A stretch of DNA of 60,370 bases. Origin: Methanomassiliicoccaceae archaeon (lineage in GTDB: Archaea > Thermoplasmatota > Thermoplasmata > Methanomassiliicoccales > UBA472). Both the position numbers and the translations under genes were made by a program. The stretch covers positions 1 through 60,370 of the forward strand of contig PNBI01000101.1 of the NCBI GenBank assembly GCA_003135935.1, written 5' to 3'. Below the pieces are notes generated by a model, which was not told the origin of the DNA, did no database searches, and saw only the letters and a program-made list of their open reading frames with translations. Below, piece by piece: positions 19,402-28,749 of the stretch (positions are counted from its first letter, which is position 1; every line of letters begins with the position of its first letter).

Positions 19402-19517
19402 TTTACTAACTCTCTATGGTGCCATATCAGTTAATATTACTAGCGGAGCTGCGTGGCAAATGATTGCTTGCCGCGGCTCGAGGCTTAAGTGGTAAGTGAA
19501 TGCTTTCGGTCCTTCTT

Positions 19518-20009
19518 CTAAATGTTGAGAGTGACCGGATAAGTCCCTCCGCTCACCGGAGTGACAACAGCCTGGTCGCTCTTGTCCCCGAAACCACCTC
19601 CACTCGAGTTGGCCAGAATTACTGCGCTGTAAAGCCCTGTCTGATTCTCAGCGAATACTAATTGGATTGTATAGATGATCGAGGAATGGGCGGAAATATC
19701 TCCCGCTGCTTTCTGATCGGAGTTCAAATAGAGCACATAATGGACACTGAAGATAGAATGGGTGGAATGGATCGTGACTATAACCTGAGCTGATGCTTGA
19801 CCTTGCGATAATGTAACATTATGATCTGATCCGTTTGACCCACTATTGTTCGAGCCATCAGAAGGATTAAAGGAACTATTCTGTTTTGAAGCCTCATATG
19901 ACCAGGCCAGTGCAGCAATTATCACAATCGCCGCAACTGCGACTAATGCAATGATGTGCGCAAAGCCATCTTTATCAATTTTCCTATCTACCCTGGTTCG
20001 ATTGCTCAT
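19518..20009 (-). CDS. membrane-anchored exported protein with class III (prepilin-like) leader
   Basis: KIDKDG/FAHIIALVAVAAIVIIAALAW, Ser/Asn/Gly linker, beta-rich domain. Confidence 0.6.
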   Translation of the reverse strand: MSNRTRVDRKIDKDGFAHIIALVAVAAIVIIAALAWSYEASKQNSSFNPSDGSNNSGSNGSDHNVTLSQGQASAQVIVTIHSTHSIFSVHYVLYLNSDQKAAGDISAHSSIIYTIQLVFAENQTGLYSAVILANSSGGGFGDKSDQAVVTPVSGGTYPVTLNI

Positions 20010-20290
20010 CTAACCTCGTCAATGTTTGTGAGGAACTTGACTTAAAACCATCTCAGGAAGGGCAATCTCAGCTTCTCGAAAGTGGAGGAACTGCAAGGAT
20101 GAAGATAAGGAGCAATAACCTCACGCCAGTTGACCAATCATCCTCTATTATTGCATCCCCCCTCAACCAGTCCACCAAATATTACGTAAGCGTAGTGAGA
20201 CAAGGTAGATCGGAACATCATTCATCGGATGCTGCCCAAACATGCAAAGCTTCATCGTCCTCACTTACAATGTTTCCTTAGGTGGATGAC

Positions 20291-20701
20291 ATGGTTGCTT
20301 TGCCCGAAGAGGTCATGAAAGCGCTCAACGATCCGGCAAGTGTTAAAGTGCTTGCGACGAAGACGCCAGAGGGTATGGTGCATGCGATACCGTTAGGAAG
20401 CCTGGTGGCACTGGACTCTAACACCATCATTTTCGGAGTGGTGTTCATGAAGCAGACGCACAATAACATGGAAAAGATGAAGAAGAAAGGCGAGAGCCCG
20501 GCGGTCCTGGTGGTGAATGGCAGGAACGCTTACCAGATCCATGCGGCGATCAAGGACTTCAAGACGTCCGGACCGGCCCTGGACGCGATGAACGAGAAGG
20601 TAAAGGCGCGGGGCCTCACCGTGACCGGCGTTTGGTTCATGGAGCCAGAGAGCGTATTTGACCAAAGCCCGGGTCCGAACGTTGGAAAGAAGTTGGTTTG
20701 A
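20291..20701 (+). CDS. pyridoxamine-5'-phosphate oxidase-like FMN-binding split-barrel protein
   Basis: KVLATKTPEG...QTHNNMEK...AYQI...VFDQSPGPNVGKKL; AGGTGG SD. Confidence 0.85.
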   Translation: MVALPEEVMKALNDPASVKVLATKTPEGMVHAIPLGSLVALDSNTIIFGVVFMKQTHNNMEKMKKKGESPAVLVVNGRNAYQIHAAIKDFKTSGPALDAMNEKVKARGLTVTGVWFMEPESVFDQSPGPNVGKKLV

Positions 20702-20820
20702 GGAATTGGCCAAACTTCCGCTTTAGCCATTAACGAGAGGTCATCAGCTATGCTTTGAGCGATGGCTAACCTTATTGCGTTCAGCGGAATTGAGTGACCA
20801 TACGCTATCGTGGGTTCTGC

Positions 20821-21012
20821 TCAACTAGGTCTCATCGGACGACCGCATTGAGGACAGATAGCTTTCTTTGTGATCAAACCTCGCTTAGGAACGCAATTCT
20901 TGCAATACCACAACCCTATGTTCTTACATCCTTGAGAGTTGCAAAAGTATCCCCTAGACAAAAGGAATTCACTAACTGGCTTCCCACAATTATAGCAATT
21001 TCCTCGGATCAC
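20821..21012 (-). CDS. small Cys-rich zinc-finger protein (63 aa)
   Basis: CYNC, CNSQGC, CKNC, CPQC. Confidence 0.65.
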   Translation of the reverse strand: MIRGNCYNCGKPVSEFLLSRGYFCNSQGCKNIGLWYCKNCVPKRGLITKKAICPQCGRPMRPS

Positions 21013-21190
21013 ATTGAAAAAGAGGCCGAAGTGGGCTTATAAATCTGCACTTACGATTACCTATGATGATAATGGGCAGGCAGCCCCATGTTTCGGGAAA
21101 GAGCCAATTCCTTTTTCTTGGAATTGCACCTATAGTACTGATAGCCAACAATAACAATAATGATCGTTGAAGCAGAAGGATGGTAATTGG

Positions 21191-21598
21191 ATGAATCTAA
21201 AGACTTCAGGGAGAGATCTCCGAGTATTGATCATAACCAACGTTCCTGAGCTGAGCAAGCTATCCTCAGATGAGAAGGCTGGGGTGATGAGAAGCATCGA
21301 AGATTTGAGGTTCTATTCCACTACGTCCGATAAGGACACCAAAGATATCACCTCAATTGAAATCTATCACAAGGAGACCAGGGATGACAGGGAAAATGCC
21401 TTCGTTGTGATAATGTCTTGTTCAATTGTCGAGCCAGAAGTGAAAATACTCTGCGGCAAGAGAGAATACGCATTCGAAATTAGCTTGATAATAAAAAGGC
21501 AGACGCCTGATGAATATAATGATGAGCGGTATTATGCCTCTCCATTATCCAGAGATGAGGTTAGCGCGATACTATTCGGAGAAATTCTGCCATTGTAG
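21191..21598 (+). CDS. hypothetical protein
   Basis: Open frame of about 135 aa with protein-like composition; no family recognised. Confidence 0.5.
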   Translation: MNLKTSGRDLRVLIITNVPELSKLSSDEKAGVMRSIEDLRFYSTTSDKDTKDITSIEIYHKETRDDRENAFVVIMSCSIVEPEVKILCGKREYAFEISLIIKRQTPDEYNDERYYASPLSRDEVSAILFGEILPL

Positions 21599-21740
21599 AA
21601 TGGATGATTGCTTGCCTTTATGAACCATATCTTAGCCTGGCCACCATGGACTGAATCATACCGCACGCTTGATTATCTCTCTAACCCAATAAGCGGCCGA
21701 CCGTGCGTATTTAATTGGACCATCGGGATATCGGGGAAGA

Positions 21741-22874
21741 ATGACCAAGAAAGGCGAGAGAGCCGTCGTGCGCGGGCTGAAGGATGTTGCCGCTGCTGAG
21801 ACCAAGATAAGTTTCGTTGAGCCCAAAGGCTTTCTCTACTACCTGGGCTACAACATCGACGACCTGGTGGGGAGGGTCGTCTATCCAGAGGTTGCCTTTC
21901 TCCTCATTCACAAGAGGCTGCCCAACCGGCAAGAGCTTGATCAGTTCAACGCCTGCCTCATTTCCGAAATGAAGCTGCCCGAAAGGATGGTCGAGAGCAT
22001 TCGGGCAACCCCTAAGAGCTGCCACCCGATGGACATATTGCGAACAGAGGTCTCCCGCCTCGGTGAGTGCGATCCCGAGAACAATGACTTGTCCGAGGCG
22101 GCGAATTTGAGGAGGGCCACCCGGCTGGTCGCCAGAGTACCGACCATTGTGGCGACCATTCATAGGGTCCGCCTGGACAAGCCAATTCCTGTCCCGAGGG
22201 AGGACTTCAGCTTCACTGAGAACTTCCTCTATATGTTCAAGGGATCCCCTCCAGAGGAGGCGGAGACGGATGTCCTCCACCGCCTCATGATACTGCAAGC
22301 TGACCACGGGTTCAACGCGTCCACCTTCGCTGCGCGAGTCACCGCGAGCACCAATTCAGACATGTATTCTGCCGTTACTTCCGCCATCGGCACTCTCAAG
22401 GGGCCATTGCACGGGGGGGCGGGCGAAAAAGTAATGGAGATGCTCGACGACATCGGGTTGGAAGAGCATGTTGAAGAGTACATCCAAGGGTTGCTGGACG
22501 AGAACAAGAAGATCATGGGCTTCGGTCACAGAGTCTATAAGGCAGAGGACCCAAGGACGAAGCATCTCCGGGGTATAGTCAGGAATCTATGCTATCGCGA
22601 CAGGACCAACAGCTTGTGCAACAAATGCAGTAAGATCGAGAAGATCGTCCACGACCGGAAGAAGATCTATCCGAACTTGGACTTCTACTCGGCAGTGGCA
22701 ATGGACGCGTTGGACGTCCCCAAGGAATTCTTCACGCCATTCTTCGCCTCAAGTAGGATATCGGGCTGGGTCGCACACGTGATAGAACAGTACGAGGATG
22801 CGGTCTTGCTTCGTCCGTCATCCAAATATGTCGGAGAATTCGGCAGGAAATTCATCCCGATCGAGCAAAGATGA
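21741..22874 (+). CDS. citrate/2-methylcitrate synthase
   Basis: DHGFNASTF, GPLHGGA, MGFGHRVYKAEDPR, YPNLDFYS, SRISGWVAH. Confidence 0.95.
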   Translation: MTKKGERAVVRGLKDVAAAETKISFVEPKGFLYYLGYNIDDLVGRVVYPEVAFLLIHKRLPNRQELDQFNACLISEMKLPERMVESIRATPKSCHPMDILRTEVSRLGECDPENNDLSEAANLRRATRLVARVPTIVATIHRVRLDKPIPVPREDFSFTENFLYMFKGSPPEEAETDVLHRLMILQADHGFNASTFAARVTASTNSDMYSAVTSAIGTLKGPLHGGAGEKVMEMLDDIGLEEHVEEYIQGLLDENKKIMGFGHRVYKAEDPRTKHLRGIVRNLCYRDRTNSLCNKCSKIEKIVHDRKKIYPNLDFYSAVAMDALDVPKEFFTPFFASSRISGWVAHVIEQYEDAVLLRPSSKYVGEFGRKFIPIEQR

Positions 22875-23033
22875 ATGAGGCAGCGTAGAAGCTCGGGATG
22901 TCCTGATCAACGTATGTGGGGCATCCAGAAAGGTGGTGAACACGCTGATGGAAAATTCCTATCCAATACTCAAGCGGTTCGCCGTCCCGAGGACGAAATA
23001 GACCGACCTGAGATCGACGGTCTTCGGAGCGTC

Positions 23034-23594
23034 TCAAAAGCCAAGCTTGATCGATATGTTGTTCATGCTGGTGAGTGCCAGCCATAGAAACTCCTCTAGG
23101 CCTAGTCCCAACTCCGAACAGCGTGATATTCTCTCCCTCGATACGCCCTTTGCGAAGTCCTTGGATTTGAACTTCTTGGCTAATGATTCGAGTTTGACAT
23201 CGGAGATCTTCTTCGACGGCATTACCAGGGCGCAGGCAAGCACGAGGCCGGAGACGGCATCGCATGCCACTAGCCCTAACTTCAGAGGGGAATCGATTGG
23301 AACGTTTGTGTTCTCGTAGTTATGGGCCATTATGGCTTCGATGACTTCGTCGTCGACAATGCCGCTGAGCAGCTCTTTTGCTTTTAGCGTGTGATCTGCC
23401 GGACCAGAACAGACCTCATAGTCAATGTCGTGCAGGATGCCCACCACCTCCCATTTGTTCGAGTCCTCATTCAGCCTGGTGGCGACCACTCGCATGATCG
23501 CTCCGACCGCGATCATGTGCTTGACGTTGTTCTCCTTCGTGACGTATTTCCTGACCAAATCTAGGGCGCTCTCCCTTTCTAGCATCATGAGCAA
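23034..23594 (-). CDS. HD (HDIG)-domain metal-dependent hydrolase
   Basis: KHMIAV, GILHDIDYE, AIMAH, CDAVSG, KDFAKGVSRE. Confidence 0.9.
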   Translation of the reverse strand: MLMMLERESALDLVRKYVTKENNVKHMIAVGAIMRVVATRLNEDSNKWEVVGILHDIDYEVCSGPADHTLKAKELLSGIVDDEVIEAIMAHNYENTNVPIDSPLKLGLVACDAVSGLVLACALVMPSKKISDVKLESLAKKFKSKDFAKGVSRERISRCSELGLGLEEFLWLALTSMNNISIKLGF

Positions 23595-23716
23595 ACGTCA
23601 ATTTGAGTTCGAGGAATTAATACTAAGGCTTGTAAATCTCAGAGTCTGAAGATTATCGCATTTGGCCGGAACAGAGTTGGGGGAAATCGGCCAGAACTCC
23701 TGCTAGGTTGGCGGAT

Positions 23717-24508
23717 TTATGAAGATCCCTCTCTACTGAATGGGCGCAGCTTCGAACGGTCGACCGTCCAACCGCATTTCGAGCATTGCTGCCATTCCTT
23801 GGCGATTATGCCATTGCAGCTGGGGCATCGCCCGATAGCATGGACCAGAATGGGTTGGACTACATTCTTTGATTGAAGATAGATGCGACGAGGTTTCTGG
23901 TCTCTTGATAGGAATTGACTCGACGATTCCAGATGCAAAGGATCACTCTCATGCCGATCATAGAATGGCAGCCTAGATTGTTTCATCTTCAAGCTCTTGC
24001 TAACTGTCAATAGAATAGCAATGACAGCCATCGCGAACAGGAGTATGAGACCTGCCCCTAGCAAAATGTCGTCGATCGAAACGGAGGCGCTCGAACTTTG
24101 AACTCCGGGAATGATGGCTCTAGCATAATAGGTTATTTGAACGGTTTGACCGTTCGGCTGGGCACTTCCTTGAACGGTGTTGTCTACGATCAGGTAATTG
24201 ATCCCCTCAGCCATGTCACCATAGTAGGCGGCGTGTCTTGTATCAAGGAACGTCCCTTGCAACGAATAGGAGGAAGGTTCCAAAACACCGTTCATGTAAT
24301 CGACGTAGCCTGCCGCGTCGGTCAGGATTACATCGACATTGGGGCCGCTGACCACCGTGACATCATATGATGCAAGGGAAACCGAACTGCCTGAGATTTG
24401 GAGAACCAGGCATCCATTTGGATCGATGTAAGCCGTTTGAGGGGAGGCTGCATCGGCCTTCATGTCAATCAATGGCATCGAAGCTAGGAATATGCAAATG
24501 ACAAACAC
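23717..24508 (-). CDS. exported membrane protein with cytoplasmic zinc-ribbon tail
   Basis: N-terminal hydrophobic segment, beta-rich ectodomain, TM helix, CPSC...CSKC. Start uncertain. Confidence 0.7.
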   Translation of the reverse strand: MFVICIFLASMPLIDMKADAASPQTAYIDPNGCLVLQISGSSVSLASYDVTVVSGPNVDVILTDAAGYVDYMNGVLEPSSYSLQGTFLDTRHAAYYGDMAEGINYLIVDNTVQGSAQPNGQTVQITYYARAIIPGVQSSSASVSIDDILLGAGLILLFAMAVIAILLTVSKSLKMKQSRLPFYDRHESDPLHLESSSQFLSRDQKPRRIYLQSKNVVQPILVHAIGRCPSCNGIIAKEWQQCSKCGWTVDRSKLRPFSREGSS

Positions 24509-24694
24509 GGTGACTAAGGATTTCGTTGGGCCACCGGCGAGTAGTAGCCTAAGGATATGATAAGTCTGTCGGAAGCACCAATTTTTATCGCTAAATAAGC
24601 TTTGATGGGTCCGAGATTTGCTGAAACCTTTTCATCCCATTTCTCAGGAGCAATGACATTGTTTTTAGGGTCTCTTGATGGAGTCGGTCGGATT

Positions 24695-25336
24695 TCATTC
24701 CTTGATAAGTCCCTCGAACAATTCCCTGGCCAAGAAGATTTCACTGGCTGGCTCATAATGAGATTTGTATGATATCATCGCGTCAATGGCTTTCTTTGTT
24801 AGGGGCTTATTGATCCTGATGGTGGTCGCATCGAGATAGTCCAGACAAGATAGGATGAACGACATCACTCTGATCTGGCAGAACGTGGACACGGATATTG
24901 AGGATAGCATCACCGAGTCCAGTTTGGCCATCGAGAAATTATGTGGATATGGGTTCTTCTGGAAACAATGGTGGTAGAGAAGGACCTGCGATAGGATGTC
25001 GTCGTCGTCATGGACCAGTTCATAGGAGTAATTTGGATGATTCTGGAAGCCGGTCGGAGCTTTGCGACCCTTGCATTCCTCCCAGGATTCCGCTGGATAC
25101 AATAGCTTTCCAACATCGTGCAGGAGGCATGCCTCATGGATCGTGCCATAATCGAGGCAGGTCCCATTGATCTTACAATCGCAGAACGATTGCGAATTCA
25201 GGTCTAGCTTGTCGCACATGGCTGCCATTCTAAGGCTATGTTGATATGTCTTCGGAAGCTTGTGCTTCAAAGCTCCCAGTAGATTTTTCTTATAGGTCCC
25301 ATCAATCATTCTTCTTTGCTCCAGACTTATGGCCAA
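24695..25336 (-). CDS. HD-GYP-like phosphohydrolase (stand-alone)
   Basis: TYQHSLRM, LLHDVGK, HPNYSY, YHH, PYP in place of GYP, LDYLDATT..R. Confidence 0.75.
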   Translation of the reverse strand: MAISLEQRRMIDGTYKKNLLGALKHKLPKTYQHSLRMAAMCDKLDLNSQSFCDCKINGTCLDYGTIHEACLLHDVGKLLYPAESWEECKGRKAPTGFQNHPNYSYELVHDDDDILSQVLLYHHCFQKNPYPHNFSMAKLDSVMLSSISVSTFCQIRVMSFILSCLDYLDATTIRINKPLTKKAIDAMISYKSHYEPASEIFLARELFEGLIKE

Positions 25337-25405
25337 CGATTCTTTCTTTTTATCTTATGAAACTAAGCGGGTCCAAGTTAGAACGGTTGCCTTCTTTTGA
25401 TAGCT

Positions 25406-25576
25406 CTATTGTATCCCCTTTTGGACCTTCTTTTGATCCTTCCTGACTTCCCTATCGATATCCTTGCCAACATGTTCTTCGTTGTTCTGAATGGACTTGA
25501 CGCCATCTTTGGCTCCCTTCTTGAAGTGCTCTTCCTTGATCTCGCTGCCAACATCACTCTTCCCCTTTTCCTTCAT
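25406..25576 (-). CDS. small hydrophilic, Lys-rich repeat protein (hydrophilin/LEA-like)
   Basis: GAGGTGA SD before ATG 25576; paralogous to 37562-37714. Confidence 0.6.
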   Translation of the reverse strand: MKEKGKSDVGSEIKEEHFKKGAKDGVKSIQNNEEHVGKDIDREVRKDQKKVQKGIQ

Positions 25577-25778
25577 GCCATTCACCTCGAAGATAAGGAC
25601 GCTCCAACTATCCCATTTGTCCAACATCAGCTTGGGACCAACCACTATATGAGTTTGGCTGTTCAGATTCTCATCCATATTCGACCATTCATTGTGATCA
25701 CACCATTTCAACGCCACGATAGGAAAAGTAAGTTATAGCCATCTAATCCCCTTCATTAGTCATTCGATTGGACTCAAC

Positions 25779-27116
25779 ATGAAGGAAGTCTTGGTTCTCA
25801 ATGGAAAGTGGTGGACACCCGCAACGCCGCACCAGGTCACCGAAGGGGAGATGACATTCGACCCATCGAAGGGGGCCATCCTAAAGCTGAGCGGGTTGCT
25901 CAAGGAAAGCGAGACTTGCGCGATGCCCTTCGAGATAGTGCTCGGAGAGACCAATGAGGGCATCCCGGTCACCATGATCGGTTCGAGCGGTGTATGGCTG
26001 GCCCGCCCCTACCGAGCGGCCGATGCCGGAGAATTGGACATCCCCGTCTGCTCCTCCCTCTGCGCCAACGTACTCTTGGTCGGGAGGCACTATCTCTCCC
26101 CGAAGGAAATAGGGTTCAAGGGATTCGACATCGACCTGTCTCATCTGCAGGACTGGGCAGGCCTCGATGAGCAAGACGGTACTGACCCGATTCGTCCGTG
26201 CGCATTATCGTCCGATTGTGGTATCGGACAATTAGGAAAGTTGATCATCGAGCTCGAAGACACTGGTTCCTGTCATCTAGCCCTCAGGTTCGATGGGGAG
26301 GTCAGCCTGGACAAGGGGATCGACCTGGTCCGCCAACTTCGCAATCTGATGGCCCTTCTGATGCATCGGTCGGTGCAGGAGTTGAGGGTGCGAGGTGTCG
26401 CCGGAGGCGGATCGGGCGAGGCCCGGCCTGACATGATGGTCGACATCTTCTATCCGTCCTTCGCGCGTGACCGGAGCGCCGGCCCGCTGGCGCCAGAGGA
26501 TATGCTCTTGCCTTTGCGCCACATCAGAGCGGATCTGGGCAATATCATTGCCAAGTGGTTCTCGGCTAACGAGACGATGCCTCAGGTCCTCGACCTCTAC
26601 TTCGCAGCTTCGCACAGCGCTGAGCTCTTCCCCGAAACCCGCTTCCTAATGTACGTCCAAGCGCTAGAGGCGTATCACCGCATCCGCTATCGGAACTTCG
26701 AGGTGGACCCGGCAGAGCACGCAGAACGACTGGCCATCATCCTAGCTAGTATACCCGAGCAATACCGGGAATGGATGCGGGACGGGTTGGAGCATAGCAA
26801 TGAGCCATCCCACGGTCAGCGAGTGAGGGAGATCTATCGGGACCTGAGCGACGTAATGGACGAATTCGTCGAGGACAAGAAGCGGTTCATTTATCAGGTC
26901 GTCAAGACCAGGAACCAAATGATGCATTTGGAGGGTGACAGCCTGGTCCTCGAAGGGAACGATTTGGTTCTCGCGACTACCCGGCTCAGGCTGCTGTTGG
27001 AGTTGTGCCTTCTCAAGGAGATTGGCATCGGTAAGGAGAAGATGAAGGCGGCAGTTTTGAATAACTCTATGTTCTCAAGAATAAGGGCCCGATCTGAAAG
27101 TCCGGAAAGCGAGTAA
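25779..27116 (+). CDS. ApeA-like protein: ApeA N-terminal domain plus C-terminal HEPN RNase domain
   Basis: GKWWTP...GEMTFDP..G..LKL N-terminus, LQDW, FLMYVQALEAYHR, and HEPN RxxxxH motif TRNQMMH. Confidence 0.8.
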   Translation: MKEVLVLNGKWWTPATPHQVTEGEMTFDPSKGAILKLSGLLKESETCAMPFEIVLGETNEGIPVTMIGSSGVWLARPYRAADAGELDIPVCSSLCANVLLVGRHYLSPKEIGFKGFDIDLSHLQDWAGLDEQDGTDPIRPCALSSDCGIGQLGKLIIELEDTGSCHLALRFDGEVSLDKGIDLVRQLRNLMALLMHRSVQELRVRGVAGGGSGEARPDMMVDIFYPSFARDRSAGPLAPEDMLLPLRHIRADLGNIIAKWFSANETMPQVLDLYFAASHSAELFPETRFLMYVQALEAYHRIRYRNFEVDPAEHAERLAIILASIPEQYREWMRDGLEHSNEPSHGQRVREIYRDLSDVMDEFVEDKKRFIYQVVKTRNQMMHLEGDSLVLEGNDLVLATTRLRLLLELCLLKEIGIGKEKMKAAVLNNSMFSRIRARSESPESE

Positions 27117-27244
27117 AGGGACTTCCCGTTCATTCCCAATCGGAAGTAGCATGACAAGGGTCCGACGTCTTATGTCAAGAATTTGAAGTGTTTTTTGGCC
27201 CGATCTAATCGATTAAGGCGACGGATGGTTCAAACACTCGTCGA

Positions 27245-27571
27245 TCAGCCGAGGATGAACCCGATAATCGCACCGACGATGAAGCCAACGCTCAAAGGAA
27301 GCACTCCGACAATGAGAATGCCAAGTTGGACTGCGGCTGGGCCATATTGTTGCGCAAGCTGCTGCAGCGTAGCGATATTGATGGAGTAAAGCCCCAAGTA
27401 GATGGCCACCGCCAGAATGATAATGGCGATGATTGCGATTTTCAGGACTTTGTTCACCAAGAAACCGACGATCAGCCCGACGACGAACGGAAGGATCATT
27501 ACTACTAGGGGCGGAAGCCCGCCGATGCTTCCATTGACCACGAAGTTCAACACTTCGTCAATCAATCCCAC
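27245..27571 (-). CDS. FUN14-like small membrane protein
   Basis: PFVVGLIVGFLVNKVLKIAI...LGLYSIN...GFIVGAIIGF. Confidence 0.7.
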   Translation of the reverse strand: MGLIDEVLNFVVNGSIGGLPPLVVMILPFVVGLIVGFLVNKVLKIAIIAIIILAVAIYLGLYSINIATLQQLAQQYGPAAVQLGILIVGVLPLSVGFIVGAIIGFILG

Positions 27572-27610
27572 GATAGCCCTCCCGTTCGATCATCGATCAT
27601 ATGATACTGG

Positions 27611-28039
27611 TTATTCAACTTCCTTGGGTTCCTTTGGGTTCTTGGGGGCATTGGCATACCCGGTTGAGAGCGGCGCCTGGAATCTTCCCACGTTCTCCCT
27701 GATGATGCCATATCCCTTTTGAGCGTGATCAGTTGGCAGTTTGTCCAGATCCAGCGATTCATCGCTGCCTTTGAGCTTGAGCCTGAGCTTTGATCGCAAT
27801 ACCCCCTTCTCCATTTCCACGCCTGCAATGTCTGAATAGCTATAATCAGTGTAATCCTTCTTCAACCTTGCAGCATGTGGATGCCGCAGAATTACCCTTT
27901 CATTCGTTACAACCATCGAATCGATGTTCATCTTGGGATGGAAGATTTTCTCTTTGATATACATCTCGACCTTTTCGTTCGGGCCGAGAATCTTCTTCAC
28001 ATCATCCGGTACTTCTTCAGATTCAGCCATTTCCATCAA
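27611..28039 (-). CDS. bacterial PH-domain protein
   Basis: ILGPNEKV, VVTNERVI, DYSYSDIAGVEMEKG. Confidence 0.8.
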   Translation of the reverse strand: MMEMAESEEVPDDVKKILGPNEKVEMYIKEKIFHPKMNIDSMVVTNERVILRHPHAARLKKDYTDYSYSDIAGVEMEKGVLRSKLRLKLKGSDESLDLDKLPTDHAQKGYGIIRENVGRFQAPLSTGYANAPKNPKEPKEVE

Positions 28040-28043
28040 CCTT

Positions 28044-28376
28044 CTAATACAAACCTGGAATGAGGTTTGTGATCAATCCACTACCGTTCGTTAGCTCGCC
28101 AGCAAGATTTCTTCCTTTCTCAGTAAGACATAGCGAGAACGATTCGAGATCCCTTTCACGAGACGACAACTCGACCAATCCATCGCTCGACATCCTCTTT
28201 ATCAGGTTGCATATCTCAAGGTTCTCGAATTGGACCGCTGTCATGACAGAGCATTTCAATTCGTCATTCTCCTTAAGATAATCGAGGAAGGGTGCGAAGT
28301 ATGGATCGCTCTCTATGGAGAAGAGATCAAGATCGAAATGGGGCATGTGTTCAATCATTGCTTCAGAAGTTGGCAC
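28044..28376 (-). CDS. winged helix-turn-helix protein
   Basis: LIKRMSSDGLVE...LTEKGRNLA; start uncertain. Confidence 0.6.
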   Translation of the reverse strand: MPTSEAMIEHMPHFDLDLFSIESDPYFAPFLDYLKENDELKCSVMTAVQFENLEICNLIKRMSSDGLVELSSRERDLESFSLCLTEKGRNLAGELTNGSGLITNLIPGLY

Positions 28377-28749
28377 CTTAGTAGGTATAGCTTCCCCGCT
28401 GCTTAGGCGAGATTAGGGACAAAGTAGGCTGCAACGTCGGACACGATGTTTCGGTCCGATTGGTTTTCCACATATCCACTGGATGACCGGAAGTCTGCCT
28501 TTGTAAAAATGAGATGTTCCTTCGGCAACGAGGAAGCGCTCCGTCCAAAATCGAGTGAGCCCCGCGAAATCGCGTATCTAACATTACTCAGAACCGGAGT
28601 CAAGATCCATCAAGGCCGTTCTTTTCGACGCCTTTTGATATCCATTATCGCTATTGGCCATACCTGGATAGGCTGAAAGGACACAGCGGCAAGGCCAAGG
28701 TGCCCGGTTCAAGTTCTTATATTACTCCCTCACACCTATTGGCGGAGAT

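Noticed and set aside
20099..20281. 60-aa ORF containing LNQSTKYYVSV, like an FN3 strand
   Set aside because: Only a short resemblance; the rest lacks the FN3 pattern.
22871..23033. ATGA overlap after citrate synthase suggesting a coupled downstream gene
   Set aside because: That frame stops after five codons and the other frames give no recognisable product.
28688..28715. ggcaaggccaaggtgcccggttcaagtt, resembling a tRNA anticodon/T-arm segment
   Set aside because: No T-stem closure, acceptor stem or D-arm can be formed; too short to call a tRNA or att site.
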